This document shows positions 37,309 through 49,811 of a stretch of 64,000 nt of DNA, one piece after another. The notes beneath the pieces are model-generated. The model saw nothing but the letters and a program-made list of their open reading frames with translations, did not search any database and was not told the origin of the DNA. The position numbers and the translations under genes were made by a program. Every line of letters begins with the position of its first letter. Position 1 is the stretch's first letter. Origin of the DNA: Narcine bancroftii (Eukaryota); the NCBI RefSeq assembly GCF_036971445.1, contig NC_091473.1, forward strand, positions 87,420,001 through 87,484,000. Direction: 5' to 3'.

Positions 37309-39843
37309 ATTGGTTAAAATCTGAGAATTATTAAAGTCATTTCAAGCATTCCAGGCAAGCCTTGCATTTCACTAAGCTCCCCATGCAATTGGTTGTTTAA
37401 TGGCCTTTCTAGTTATACTCTTGTAAGGTCATGAAAACCTGTATATCATGCCAATCCTCTGTCCCCATTATGAACAAAAAGATCATAAAAGATCACACTC
37501 TGCTGTTTCTCTCTGCCCTGTAGAGAACATTTGGAGGAATGTAATCTGAGAAATTTTACAACCTCTACATTATAAAACCTGCTGAACCAGTTGAAAATTA
37601 TATTCCTTAAAACTTCAGAAATTATAGAATTTGGTAAGAATATCTCTGAACTTTTGCAATGGTAAAATCAACAGTCACAGGTTCAAGTAAAAACATAAAG
37701 GCATCTGGTTTTCAAAATCTAACCCTGAGAATATCTTTAAAATTCTGTCAATAACCTAGATTTTTTGAAATCTAAGAAAAACAAAGATGAATCTGGGTCT
37801 GACTTTAAGATGTCAGTAATTCCTTCCCAAGCAGCAGACTAAACTAAAATCAGTACTTCACATTCTTGAATCTCCACATCTATTACATAACATTTACAGC
37901 AGAGAAATGGGTCATATAGCCCAAATGATCTTCTCTACACCAATAATTACACTCCACCTATTGTGCTACTTTATCTAACTCAATCAGCAAGTCCTTCTAC
38001 TTCCTTATCTTCATGTGCTCATCCAGCTTCCCCTTAAATACATCTGTGCTATTTTCCTCAACTACTGTATGTGGAAGTGAGTTCCACATTCTCAGCAAGA
38101 AAATGATTGTCCAAATAAAAAACTGATCATATTCCTCATTTTGGTTTCCCTGACCCTGCAATGTATTATTCCCTCTCTGCCTAAAGAATCATTTTAAACA
38201 GGAATTTGAAAAGCCAGAATTTAACTGATCCAGCCACCTAAATATTAACACTATTGCAAAATTAATTAGCAAACAAGCAAGAAATTACTACTTTCTTTTT
38301 TACCTACTCTAGTGCATTCACCTCAACAGTCAACATGAGCATTTTAGACAGTTCTGCATAAGGTAGCATTTAGTTTAAATATGTCAATTACCCCGTCTCT
38401 TTAGGATAAGGATTATCTGAACAAGGAAATAAACTTTCTTTAGAGAAAGGAAATAATTATCTCACTTCAGTATATTGTACCCAAAAGAGAAGGTCTACAG
38501 TGTCATCTACCCTACTGTTAGGATAAATTTTACTGTGAGATCCTGCTTTCCATTTCAATAGTTCAGATTCCAGTGCAAGGGCCTTCATCATTAGACCACT
38601 GAACCCCAGAAATTTACTAACTCCACAATTAAAACATGAAAGAATGAATTGCTTTGGAGTAATAATAAACTTATCTTTCCAATTAAAACTATTCACTAGC
38701 TCTCTCCATGTGATTTTGAGGCGTCAGACTTCATGATTCTAGTTGTGCCTATCTAATTCCACAAGCATTTTGGTCTTTTTTTTTTTAAAGTTCTCTTTTG
38801 ACATCATTACTTCAATATTTTTAATCAGTGCAAGATACTTCAGGAACATGCTTACTCCAGTAAAAATCATCATAAGATGAAAAATTGTCTTGAGGTACTT
38901 TACAAAGTAAGATTGTGAACAGGAGGGATAACAAAAAGTTAAACTTAAACAAGACAGGGAAGGTAGAAAAGAAGCAAAACTGAAAGACCCAATAAAAGAA
39001 TAGGTAGCTGAAGGCATGCTATAAAGTCTGAAGTAAAGAGGGCAAGGCCAAGGTGCCCAGATTGTGCACAAGACAAGGTTGATGTATAAGGAAAGTCAAG
39101 TCCTGGAACACAAATTTTAAAACTTTGAAGGAGTGAGGGGCAATGTTGATCCATGAGTTGAGGGAGATAAAATATGCAAAACAGAACTTAGATGAATTAT
39201 GTTTGTAATGAAGCAGGAGTATCTCCCAAAAAGTGTAGTTGCTGCTGTAAGGTTGATGCCAATGTCTTGAAGTTAAGCACTTTCCTATAAATACAGTGAT
39301 TTTTGAAGGGGAGTGATTCAAAGATTCTGATGAACAAATAGTGCAATCACATTGGACTGCTCTGGCAAGGACTTTAAATGACAACAGAGATCCAAAGGTG
39401 ATGAAAACAGCTTATTTTTAAAATGTCAGAAAGGCATTTCTATTTTCAATGGGATAGACCATTAAAACCATTTTTCAACGGGAACATTTTCTCTCTGTAA
39501 AAACCCATATTCTCAGATCTCAAACATTCTTACAAGTTTGGTGTTCCTGGAAATGAAAACCATACAAGAAATATTTCTGCTCCAACAATGCTCTCTCATC
39601 AGATCCTAGAAAAGGGGAAGCAAAATAGACTCTGAAGCCAGAATTTTGAATACAAAAATATTTTTATGAAATGACAACAGATGAAAATATTATTTGGAAA
39701 TTCAAAATAGCTCTTAGATAATGCATGACCTTGTTTACCTCAAACAACATTCTGAAACCAGGGCTCAATCTGAAGAAATAATCTGCAGAGAAAACCCATT
39801 GTTACAGGCCATTTAGCACAAATGATTCACACTCTTGTTTATA

Positions 39844-39993
39844 CAAGGGGTGGCCAATCCTTTAGCATGTTAACTACCCATTTTGGCCACGAGTATGTCT
39901 TGGGTTAATTGGGTGGTACGGACACGTGGGCAAAAAATGGCCAGTTACCGTGCTGTATGTCTAAATTAAAATTAAAAGGTTGGCCACCCCAAG
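39844..39993. mobile_element. Small hAT-like MITE with a SINE/LINE tail inside
   Basis: Inverted ends ggggtggccaa...ttggccacccc and an internal gtgctgtatgtctaaattaaaattaaa tail. Confidence 0.4.
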
Positions 39994-40678
39994 CTCATTT
40001 TATCACTTCAAATAACACCATCATCTTTTCTGCAAAAGCAAAATATAATGGAAATGAAAGCAAAATATTTGAAATAGTCATGCAGTTTCAATGAAATTAT
40101 AAGCAGAATGTTTCAGGCATATGAAACATCATTGGCGTAAGCCTGCTCTCTCGACCCAGAATCATCTGCCTGGAGAGGTGAGCCCTCTCTAGCTTGAGGT
40201 ACCCTAGAATTCCATGACATGGACTGGTCAGCCACAGAACATCAAGGAAGCAGGGAGAGGACCCCAATGACAGTGCCTGATGGCCAGCAAAACTGGGCCA
40301 AGGCTTTAACAGCTACAAAAGTTGTAATTAATTTTACTATTTTTTTAAATTAAAATGTCAATGAGATTCAGAGACAACTAATATCAGAGAAATTGAATTA
40401 AATAATTTTAAAAGGTCATTTGATTAGGAAAAATAACAAAATTCATGAAACACTATAAATAAATATTAATATAAACCAATTTAAAATTAGTAGCTGCTCC
40501 CCTTTCACCTTCTATTTCTCCTAATAATCCCCAGAAATTAACAGAGTCCTCGTGAGAAGATTTGCCAGTGAAGTACCTCACAAGACTGGATTCTGCTGCT
40601 GCGATCTCCAGCAGTAATGAAAGTTGATAAGTTTGGCCTTGCAATCCGATCAGAAAGTCCACAATCGAACAGCATTCA

Positions 40679-40693
40679 ATGACTCAGCATTTT
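40679..40693 (+). promoter_or_regulatory. Consensus ARE/MARE (NF-E2/Nrf2-Maf, contains AP-1) in PLA2G4A intron 1
   Basis: ATGACTCAGCATTTT is an exact match to RTGASTCAGCAWWW. Function is not demonstrated. Confidence 0.4.
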
Positions 40694-40869
40694 ACCTCTT
40701 AACTGATAGGATACATCCTTCTCTTAGAGTCTCCCCTTAAATGACTTTGAATTTAACCATTCCACCTACCAATAAATTCTGAGAAAAAAAATTCTCCCAA
40801 CTTTTCTGATGGATGTGTTCACATTTATGCCCCTGGGTCTATTGTTGCCCCAAGAATGAAAATATCTGT

Positions 40870-41120
40870 ACAATATCTACTCCCCCATGCAGGTTCTGTG
40901 TGGAACAGAGAATCAGGGATACTGTTTCATGGTGAAGGAGGATTTGGCATGCTTGCCTTCATTGGTCAGGGCAGGAGGACTGGAGCAGAGCCACCGTGTT
41001 GTAACTGTGTTAGACCGTTGGGGATACCACCCAGTTCAAGGAAAGATATCACTAAGTTTGGCGCAGAAAAGATTCGCAAGAATGTTATCAGGACCAGCAG
41101 GTTTGCATTAGAAGGAAGGA
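40870..41120 (+). mobile_element. Old CR1 fragment
   Basis: Degenerate FGMLAFIGQG and RKDITK motifs. Confidence 0.55.
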
Positions 41121-41239
41121 GAGGCTGTGGCTTTTCCCCTTGGAATGACTGTGGCAAATGTATGGTGTGTAGAGAATTGAACTCCGATTCCTACACTTCA
41201 TTTGGCTTCATATTCCATGGTCATTTTACTTTCGGGCTC

Positions 41240-42400
41240 TCGACCCGACTCATTAACGAAGCGATTTCTCTTTCCCTCATTCTCTGCTCTTGTTTCGTTT
41301 CATTCAGCGTCTGGGTCGCGGGAAAACTTTCACTGCATGTGACTTGCCTTCGATAAGTTACTAAACTATTTACTCGAGAGGGAGGTAGAGGAGAGGGGGG
41401 GGAGAGTATCCCATGTACGCGCCCTTCCCTGAGGCTCGGAACTCGTTGGCCAATGCTGAGCGGGCCACGGATCCCCGGTCCGCAGCTGAGCGGAGTTTCG
41501 CACCCACATCCCTGACTCAGGACGTCCGAGCAAACTGGCAATCTCTCACTTCCAGAAACGAACTCCTTGCCGTCTCGCGTGGAAACTCGGCGAGTCTTGT
41601 CCCCCAAGCTCACACTCCGACCTCGTCAGCTCCCCAAGAACACAGCCGGACTTCACTTTACCTTGCACTGCGAGAGTTGTTCAATTGATTTCTTTTTCTC
41701 TCTTTCTCTCTTCCCCCTTCCCCCCCCCTCCTTCTTCTTCCGTGACGGCTCTTTCGAAGCGTTTAAATGGGAGGGGGGAGTTAAAATAAAGATGAGAGGC
41801 GGATATTACACATCCCAGTGGGGGCGGTGCTTCCACTCCTGAGCTTGTCTGCAGACACCCGCGAGGCTTTCTTTCTTTCTTTCTTCTCACCATCCTCTCC
41901 TTTCGCTTGGGTTCAGTCTCTTTCATGTAACTTCGTTTAATGCCGCGTGTACCTAGAGGTTGTTTTGTAAGTTGGCCTCATACTATTACAAGTAAGACGG
42001 TGCTGAGGTACAGTTAAAGCGAGATCCAGAGGCATGAAGCAGTTCATTCGGGAGTCCGATTAGGACAGGAAAGAAAGTGTTCTCATACTAGTGAAACAAC
42101 TTCCACACGGGAGGGAGATGTGAAGCCAAGATGATCAGGGTGGGATGATGTTGGCTACTTTCCAGGGCAGCAGGAGTTGTGAGGAGTCGATGGATGGATG
42201 GATGGAAGGGGGGGGGGGGGGGGGGGGTTGGACTGAGCCCCGTTCGTAACCATCCGCTGTTTGTTGGGCAGCGCAGTTCCCACACCACACAGTGGGCACT
42301 CACCAGGCTTTGGTGGAGAAGTTAGGGAAAGGCGAGAGCCTGCAGACGCTATGATTGTAGTAGAAAGCACACCAAAATGCTGGAGGATCTCGGCCGGTCT
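41240..42400 (-). promoter_or_regulatory. PLA2G4A: CpG-enriched promoter region, probable PLA2G4A promoter
   Basis: Marked local CpG enrichment in unique sequence. GC box GGGGCGG at ~41821, TATA-like TTTAAA at ~41762, AP-1 TGACTCA at 41513. It lies 5.5 kb upstream of the ATG exon. Confidence 0.65.
41662..41740 (-). other. PLA2G4A: Candidate non-coding exon 1 of PLA2G4A (start position approximate)
   Basis: Minus-strand donor CAAG|GTAAAG (GT at 41661-41660) just downstream of the TATA-like and GC boxes. A non-coding first exon is the known vertebrate gene structure. Confidence 0.5.
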
Positions 42401-42455
42401 TTCAGTGTCCATTTAAGACAAGCAAAGATTTATTGCAACGTTTCGGGCCTTTTTA
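42335..42455 (-). mobile_element. Penelope-like terminal fragment with partial hammerhead motif
   Basis: aaaatgctggaggatctcggccggtc...aacgtttcgggcc. Confidence 0.55.
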
Positions 42456-42514
42456 TAAGCAGATGAGCTAGAAGTAGGAAATCTCAGAATTTAGACAATG
42501 CTAATTTAGAAGTT

Positions 42515-42860
42515 GATAAGGGGTGCTGGTGAAATGGCAAGTTTCTTCTGCCTTCTGAGGAAGTAGAGGCACTTTCTTGACTGTGCATCCATCTGGGTGG
42601 ACCAGGACAAATCACCTGAGATGTTTAGGCAGAGTGACAAAATTGTCTACCATCTTCACCTCAGCATCATTGCTGTGGATCAGAGAATGAGTTCTGCCCC
42701 ACCTCTGAAAGTCTATATAACCAGTTCTTTGGTCTCGCTGACATTCAGGAAGAGATCGTTGTCCTGGCATCGAGATACAAGTCTCTTCATTTCTCTTCTA
42801 TACTCCTCTTCTTCATTGTTAGAGAACCTGCCTATGACTGTGGTGTCATCCAAGTTACAT
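42515..42860 (-). mobile_element. Rex1/Babar-like LINE fragment
   Basis: Reverse strand encodes DDTTVIG, WCQDNDL.LNVSETKEL-like sequence. Confidence 0.65.
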
Positions 42861-42899
42861 TTATTTTGGAGGAAAGATTGTGTTTCATTGGTATTTACT

Positions 42900-43911
42900 T
42901 GTTACAAGCCCAGAGGACCCCAAAACCCAGCAGCAATAGATATTCGCCAAGACAAATGGTTACTTTAACAAAACTTGTTTTTAATTATTTTTTAAACATG
43001 AAAACAGAATCACACTTTAACTTAACTGACTTAACTCACCTAACTTGACCCCCTTCTAATTCTAAGCCAACTTGAATGTAATATGTGTATAAGTTCAGAA
43101 AGGTTCTTTGATTCACAGTCCAATCTCACTTCTCATTCCTTCAAGTTTACTCGTTGCAGGCAATTCTTATACTGTGCACAGAATTTAACATTTATAAAGT
43201 TCACCAGGCTTTGGTGCTTGAAAGGTAAATGGTTACCACTCAGGAAGGTTCTTGTCGGTTTTCAGAGAGGGATTTGTTCCAGGACACAAACTGATCCCTT
43301 TTAATCAGCCACGTCAGTGTCTTGCCAAAGAAACTTGCCCCATCAGAGTTTTCTAGATGATAACCTCTTTCTTTCAGGTCACCACAGAGTTCCTTTTTGT
43401 TTCCCTTATTTCAAGTGAAACATTAGGCAGCCAGTCCTTTCCTCTTGCATGAACCACAAGGGCTTTGACCAGCCTTCACAACCCATCTTCCAAATGGGAT
43501 TTTTCCACCAGCTTACCAGCTTGTCCTGTTCCAGTCCCAGCTGCTGCTGCTGACTATAGCACTCTCTCTCTCTCTCTCACTGAGAGAAAGGCTGTTTTAC
43601 TCTCTCTGCTTGCAAGACCACATGACCCTCTTAGAACAGCAAGTTCCACTCCTGACAGCCTGCAGCTTCAACAAATTTTTTCATCTGTTGCCTTTTTGTA
43701 AACTACAATCCATTAGTGACGTCTCTTGGGCACTCTCCAAAGCTTTTGCAAAGGCTCTTGGTGCCGGACTGTCTCTCATGAGCAGAGCTCCAGTATTTTA
43801 AATAAGATCTGTTTTAAAATGTTTGTATGTGACCTACACTAAAAATCCTGCCCCAATTTATCTCTCAAAATCATATCTATATACAATACAAACACAGCAT
43901 AATTTATCACA
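42900..43911 (-). mobile_element. Solo LTR (family A), same orientation as PLA2G4A
   Basis: TGTTACAAGCCCAGAGGACCCCAAAACCCAGC...TTATCACA termini. Reverse-complement homolog of 18465-19604. Confidence 0.8.
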
Positions 43912-44079
43912 ACTCTTACCCTCTAAAGAACACATGAGTATAGCCAATCTACTATCTATTGACTAGTTTGTATTATAGATTAATTCTATGTGTTTAAAGA
44001 TGTGTTCATTATTCTGGTAAGATGGTACTGTCTTGCTGCCACATTATTTTGTTTACAATCATCAGATATGGGGGTCCTT

Positions 44080-45080
44080 GTTCTGTGTGTACTCTGTACA
44101 GATTCTCTAAAGAGCTAGAAGGAGGGTCCATGAGGGCCGTGTGTTTGATGTAGTCTTTGTGGGTTTTACAAGTGCACTAAATAAAGTCCCAGGAATGATC
44201 AGAGAAGTAAGAGTTAAGGGAATTGAAGGAAGAGGGGAAAATGATCATTGATCAATATTTTTATGTCTGGAATACTCATGGAGTCACATAGCACATAAAT
44301 GGATGCTTTGGCCCACCTAACATCTAAACGAAACCTATTTACAAGAACTTGGTTCTCAGGGTTCAGTACTCAGTCCCTTGCTTTATGTCACTAATATTAC
44401 TGCAATGATTTAGACCTAGGTGAAAAGGTCATGATAAAGAATGTTTCAGATAATACAGAAATTGGTTCTAGAGTGAGGACCAAATATTTATACTGCAGGC
44501 TCATACAATTGGTTTGATCAAGTGGACAGAAGAGTTTAACCCAGAGAATTTTGAATATTGTATCTGATTAAAACAAAGGAGTCTACCTTAAATGGTATCT
44601 AAGGAATTTATTGAGCCTTTATTGAGGTACATGGAGAAAGAAAGGGGTTTTGGAGTGCACATTCACAGACTCTGAAAGTGCATGATAGGCTAGTAAAGTA
44701 ATTAAGTAGACACGGGAATCCCAGAGTTTATTACCCATAAAGGTGGATTTATACTACAACTATATTCTGTGTGTAAGTCCACAGTTTTGAGTATAGTGTA
44801 TATCTCTGGTCACTACATTATGGAAAACTGTGATGTGTGAGAGAGGATGCAGAGAGGATTTTGAAGCTGTTGTAAGTACACTGAAAGATTAGATAAATTT
44901 GGGCTGTTTCTTTTCAAATGGAGGAGGTTCAGAGTAGAAATTCAAAAATGGATAAAATTATGAGGGACCTTGGTAGAGAAAATATGAAGGAATAATTCCT
45001 CTCAGCAGCAAGATCCAAAAGCAGTGGGCACAGTTCTAAAAAAGGAAGTATTAGAGAGGAATTGAGGAAAGTTGTCAAAT
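44080..45080 (+). mobile_element. Very old CR1 fragment
   Basis: Degenerate PQGSVL.P.L, FNPE and EYSV..WS.HY motifs. Confidence 0.6.
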
Positions 45081-45480
45081 AAGATTCTTATTTGATAGTG
45101 AGTCACAAATCTCTTTTGTGATCTGCTTGCAACAACATGTTGTTTTGAGCTGATGGCAGAAAGTGGCAGTCTCATTCCTGTTCAATTCCATGTTCAGCTA
45201 AGCTCTCTACAGTACATTTTGTGTCACATTTTCAAAAGATTCCTTTTCATGTGTGTTGACATACCTAAGTAATCATTCTTCATCCAGAGTGAATCTAACA
45301 CCATTGTACAGAGGGAAATGTTAATTTTTTTGCTGTTATCTTCACCGAGGATGATCCATCCTAGCCTCCACCATCACAGAAGCAAGTCTTCAGTGAGTTA
45401 ATTCATTCTATATATCACTTAGTGCATTAAAAGCCCTGACAATAACCCAGTTGCAAGACTGCAGATTTTTGCTTTGTAGT

Positions 45481-48400
45481 TGTAAACACCCGCTTCTATT
45501 GGCTCTCTGCAGCCACTGTACTCACTATGATGCTATTGTGTACGCGTGAGTCCACGCGAAGTGCACTAGTTGAAAAAGGAAATGTCAGAGATCGCAGTTT
45601 TGTGTTGTCTGGTTATTCGATGCATCAACAAATGGTGTCAGAAGTCACCTGAAGCCTTCAAGTGAAAAGTGAGTAACCAATGCCATGGTTGCAACATATT
45701 TGTGACTGCGCCATAATGCCGGACGGATTCCGAAGTCCTGACCCGCTCGTGTTTGAAGGCAATGTGGCCGAGAATTGGCGTGTATTCAAACAAGAATACA
45801 ATATTTTCATTGCAGCAGCGCATAGTGATAAGTCTGACCGAGTCAAAGCGTGAATTTTACTAAATTTATCAGGTTCGGAGACCATCAACAGGGAAAGGTC
45901 ATTCATATATGTAAACGAGGTGCGTGAAGGGGTATCATTATCAGCTCGGCTAAGTCAAGAGAGGACCCCCGAGTGTTTAAAAAGAAACTTTCAAGAAACG
46001 TGCAATCCACAAAAGAACTGAACGATGGAAAGGCACAGGTTTAATACCAGAAACCAAAGGCCTGGCAGGTCGATTTAATCGTATGTCAGCGACCTAAAAA
46101 TCAGCACAAGGAAATGTGACTTTGGAGCACTATGTGATGAGTTGATTAAAGACTGGATGGTGTGCAACAAAGGCATGAGAATGGCACTACTGCCAGATAA
46201 TGAACTAATGCTCACAAAGGCCATCTCCACTTGTCTGGCTTTCGAAACCATGCAAGAAAACAGCAGAAAACTAGCCCCTCCACAGCAGCAAGGCACAAGC
46301 ATAGATGCAGAACAGGCAAGACCCGCGAACAGGCAGTGCCAGAAGCCAGAAGAAGACAAAACCAACCAAGCCCTGCTACGCTTTCACCCAGGACGGAGTG
46401 TGACAACTGCGGCGGCGAACATGTGGCAAGACAAGATGTGCCTGGTGTTCAGCCAGCAGTGCAGAGCATGCCAGAAATTGAACCATTTTAGCAGATCCTG
46501 CAGAGCTAGGTAGCAGTTCACCCTGAAACCCAGATACAGAAGGATGATTAACCAGTTGGAGTCTGAGCAAGGACAAATCAACTCGGATGACGAGTATTAT
46601 GTTGATGGCAGGAGACCAAACAAGAATCAGAAGGAATAATGAAACATTTGTAACAATGAAGATCAATGGTAGAGCAACAGATATGAAAGTTGACACTGGA
46701 GCCAAGTGCAACGTCATGTCACGAAAAATGTTCATCCTGCTGAGGACGTCATGCTCCAAGTCCACAAGTCTAATGACATATGAGGGCAGCAAAATTAGAA
46801 CCGACGGCACAGTTCGACTGCAGTGCTACATTCAAGGTCAGCTGCACATACTAACTTTTTTCATACTCCAAGAAAACGTCATGCTTCTGCTGGACCTGAG
46901 CGCAAGCATGGACATGGGTCTTGTTTCGTTCAGCAGAGAGGTGCACCAGACAAGTCTGGCCAAAGATGATCTGATGCACAGAATTTTTTCTGAGTACAAT
47001 GACCCAGAAGTGAGGCCCGTGGTTTGTCCAGCATGCCGTATACCGATAGCAATGAAGGACATGGTTAATGCCGAGCTGGACAGGTTGCAGGACCTGGGCA
47101 TGATTATCCCAGGCTTTGAGCCTAACGAGGGGGTGTCCTCCATGGTAGCTGCTAAGAAAAAAGACGGACAGGAGATCCAGATCTGCATCGACCCGAGACC
47201 TCAATACAGCTTTAAAACAACCACACCATCCAATGCATACTGTAGAGGATGTGCAATAGCACCAAACTGCACCAACAGAAAGAGCCTCTGCAGCTTAATG
47301 CGGTGACCAGACTTGCCCTGATTAACCGTGGCAACAGACATCTTCAAATGGTGTGGTCAACAGTATTTGGTTCTTGTCGATTCATACTCTGGATGGTTTG
47401 AGATAGACCTTTTACACAATGTCACCTCGTCGGCAGTCATTATCAAGTTAAAAAGACTCTGCTGTATGACAATGGCACCCAGTTCACCAGTGAGAAATTC
47501 AGATGCTTTGCAACAACATGGAATTTCAACCACATCACTAGCAGCCTGGAATACCCACAAGCGGGTTGGTTGAAAGAACTGTGTGGAGCACAAAGCAACT
47601 CATGGAGAAGTCCCACAAGGAAAATACGGATGTGTTCCTAAACCTGCTGAACCTAAGGAACATCACCGGCAACGCCACATTTGGTTCTCCGGCACAACGA
47701 CTCATGTCCAGGCAGACACAGACGACTTTGCCTGTGGCAAGGAGACTCTTTCAGCCTAAGCTAAAGAACCCGCAAGAAATTAAATCCCAACATCTGAACA
47801 GGAGGCTAATGCAGAAAAGATACTATGACAGAAGTAGCCGGCTGCTCGTGCCATTAGCAGAAGGGAAAGTCATAAGGATGCAGACTCCACAGGGCTATGA
47901 CCGTATGGGCATAGTTGAAAGGGGCTGCCAGGAGCCCAGGTCATACCTGGAAAAATCAGAAGGAAGGGTGTATCGGAGAAACCATCGACACATCCTACCT
48001 GTAAGGGAGCCACCCCCATCCCGAAACATTCCTGAAGAGACTATAAACCAGAATCTGGAACATGAATCCAGGGTAGGCGGAGCTCCCTCAGTAACAATCC
48101 ATGAATCAAATGACCACAGCCCTGAGACCACGGATGGCACATCCTTTCAAGCTGAAGCACTCCAAGCATGCACTTCCACCAATGGCTACTACATAACACG
48201 CTTCGGGCACTTGTAAGCCCAACTCAAAATATCGAGATTAAACTGGGCTGACTGTTCACTGCTGAACTGTAATTATTGTGATGTACAACACCTACATGAA
48301 TTGTGGTACGTTAAAGGGGTTTCCCAAGAAAGGGGAGGTAGATGGCCGCTTCTATTGGCTGTCTGCACCCGCTGCAGCCACTCTACACTGTGATAGAGTA

Positions 48401-48659
48401 TATAGAGGTGTTTGGGAGATAAATTGGGAAAGGTTTGTTAGAGCAGGTTACACACAAACAATTTAAAACAGAGTTTTTGGAACAGCTTTTGCAAGAGTGC
48501 TCAGAGACTTCAATAATGGTGTGTTATTTGCAAAAGGCAACAAATATAACAACATGCAGTAGCAGCTCTGTCTGGCAAAAGAGAATTTACTGTCTGGAAG
48601 ATCATGTGATCTTTTGGAGGCAGAGAGGAGAAAAAACAGGCTTTGCTCTCAGAGTTGGA

Positions 48660-48703
<44 letters not shown>

Positions 48704-49496
48704 ACACAGACTTCAGTTCTAGAGTGTTACAGACAGTAGCTGGGATTTGGACAGACAAGCTGGCAAATTTTGGAAGATGCCCTGGTCAAAGGAGAGAACA
48801 GGCTGTCTGGTGTTTCCCTTGGAATAGGTGAAACAGAAAGGAACTCTAGGATGACCTGAAAGAAAGAGGTTACCATTTGGAGAACCCAGAAGGGGGGGAA
48901 GTTTTGTCGGCAAGATACTGGAGTAGTTGATTAAAAAGGAATCAGTTGTGGATGTCCTGGAACAAGAAAAACTATCTCTGAAAACCAACAAGGACCTTTC
49001 TGAGTGGTAACCATTTAACTGTTAAGCACCAAAGCCTGGTGAACTTTATTAATGTTAACTTCTGCGCACAGTACAAGAATTGCCTGCAACCAGTGAGGTT
49101 GGACTGTGAACCAAACAACTTTGCTGAACTTACACACACGTGCGCTTAGAATTAGAAGGGGGTTTAATGAGTCAATAGAGATAAGTTAAAGTTTGATTCT
49201 ATTTTCATGTTCAAAGATAATTAAAAGCAACTTTTGTTTAAGTAACCCTTTGTCGTGGTGCATATCTATTGCTGCTGGGTTTTGGGGTCCTCTGGACTCG
49301 TAGCAACTTGCTACGATGCTATTCCTCATGCAAAAGTCCCCACAAAGCGCGCTAATTGAAAAAGGAGATGGAGCTTGGTTGGTGGCATATGCCATTTCCA
49401 GGGGTTCCTGTTATACATTGTATTTTTCGACTTTAACAGTAAAGCATTCGCCAGAGGTTGATGTTTTGTGTTGTCTGGTTATTCGATGCATCAACA
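45481..49496 (+). mobile_element. Gypsy LTR retrotransposon (gag-PR-IN, most of RT/RNase H deleted); 3' LTR split by a solo LTR
   Basis: 5' LTR 45481-45630. PBS TGGTGTCAGAAGT (tRNA-Leu type). gag zinc knuckle CRACQKLNHF, PR KVDTGA, IN YLVLVDSYSGW and YRRN.RH. PPT at ~48326-48337; 3' LTR ~48338-49496. Confidence 0.92.
48389..49305 (+). mobile_element. Solo LTR (family A) with (GA)n, nested in the Gypsy 3' LTR
   Basis: TGTGATAG...CTCGTAGCA termini. The host LTR sequence resumes on both sides. Confidence 0.8.
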
Positions 49497-49499
49497 AAG

Positions 49500-49800
49500 A
49501 GTAGTGATGCTACCTGACATCTCCAGTGATTCAGGTTTGAACTCCAGTGCAGTCTTTGGACTATTTAAATTAATGCTGTGTCCACAGGGTGTTCCCTCTG
49601 TACTCTGGTATATCACCCACATCCCAAAGACATGTTAGGGTGGGTCGGTTAAGTGACCCTGGTGTGGTTAATTGGTAGAATCTGAGGATGTTGATAAGAA
49701 TGTGGGGAAAATTAAAAATAAATTAATATAGAATTAAAGTGAATGGATGGTTGATAGTCAGCAAATCAGTTGGCAGAATGGTCTGTTTCAATGCTCTTTA
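49500..49800 (+). mobile_element. V-SINE/HE1-like SINE, decayed
   Basis: tRNA-like B box (ggtttgaactcc), central cccacatcccaaagacatg domain and a CR1-like tail. Confidence 0.55.
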
Positions 49801-49811
49801 TCTTAATATAT

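Noticed and set aside
38457-38696. 79-aa ORF in intron 1
   Set aside because: No recognisable homology. Its length is expected by chance.
41221-41926. Several short ORFs in the CpG-rich region
   Set aside because: Explained by the GC-rich promoter composition. No coding homology recognised.
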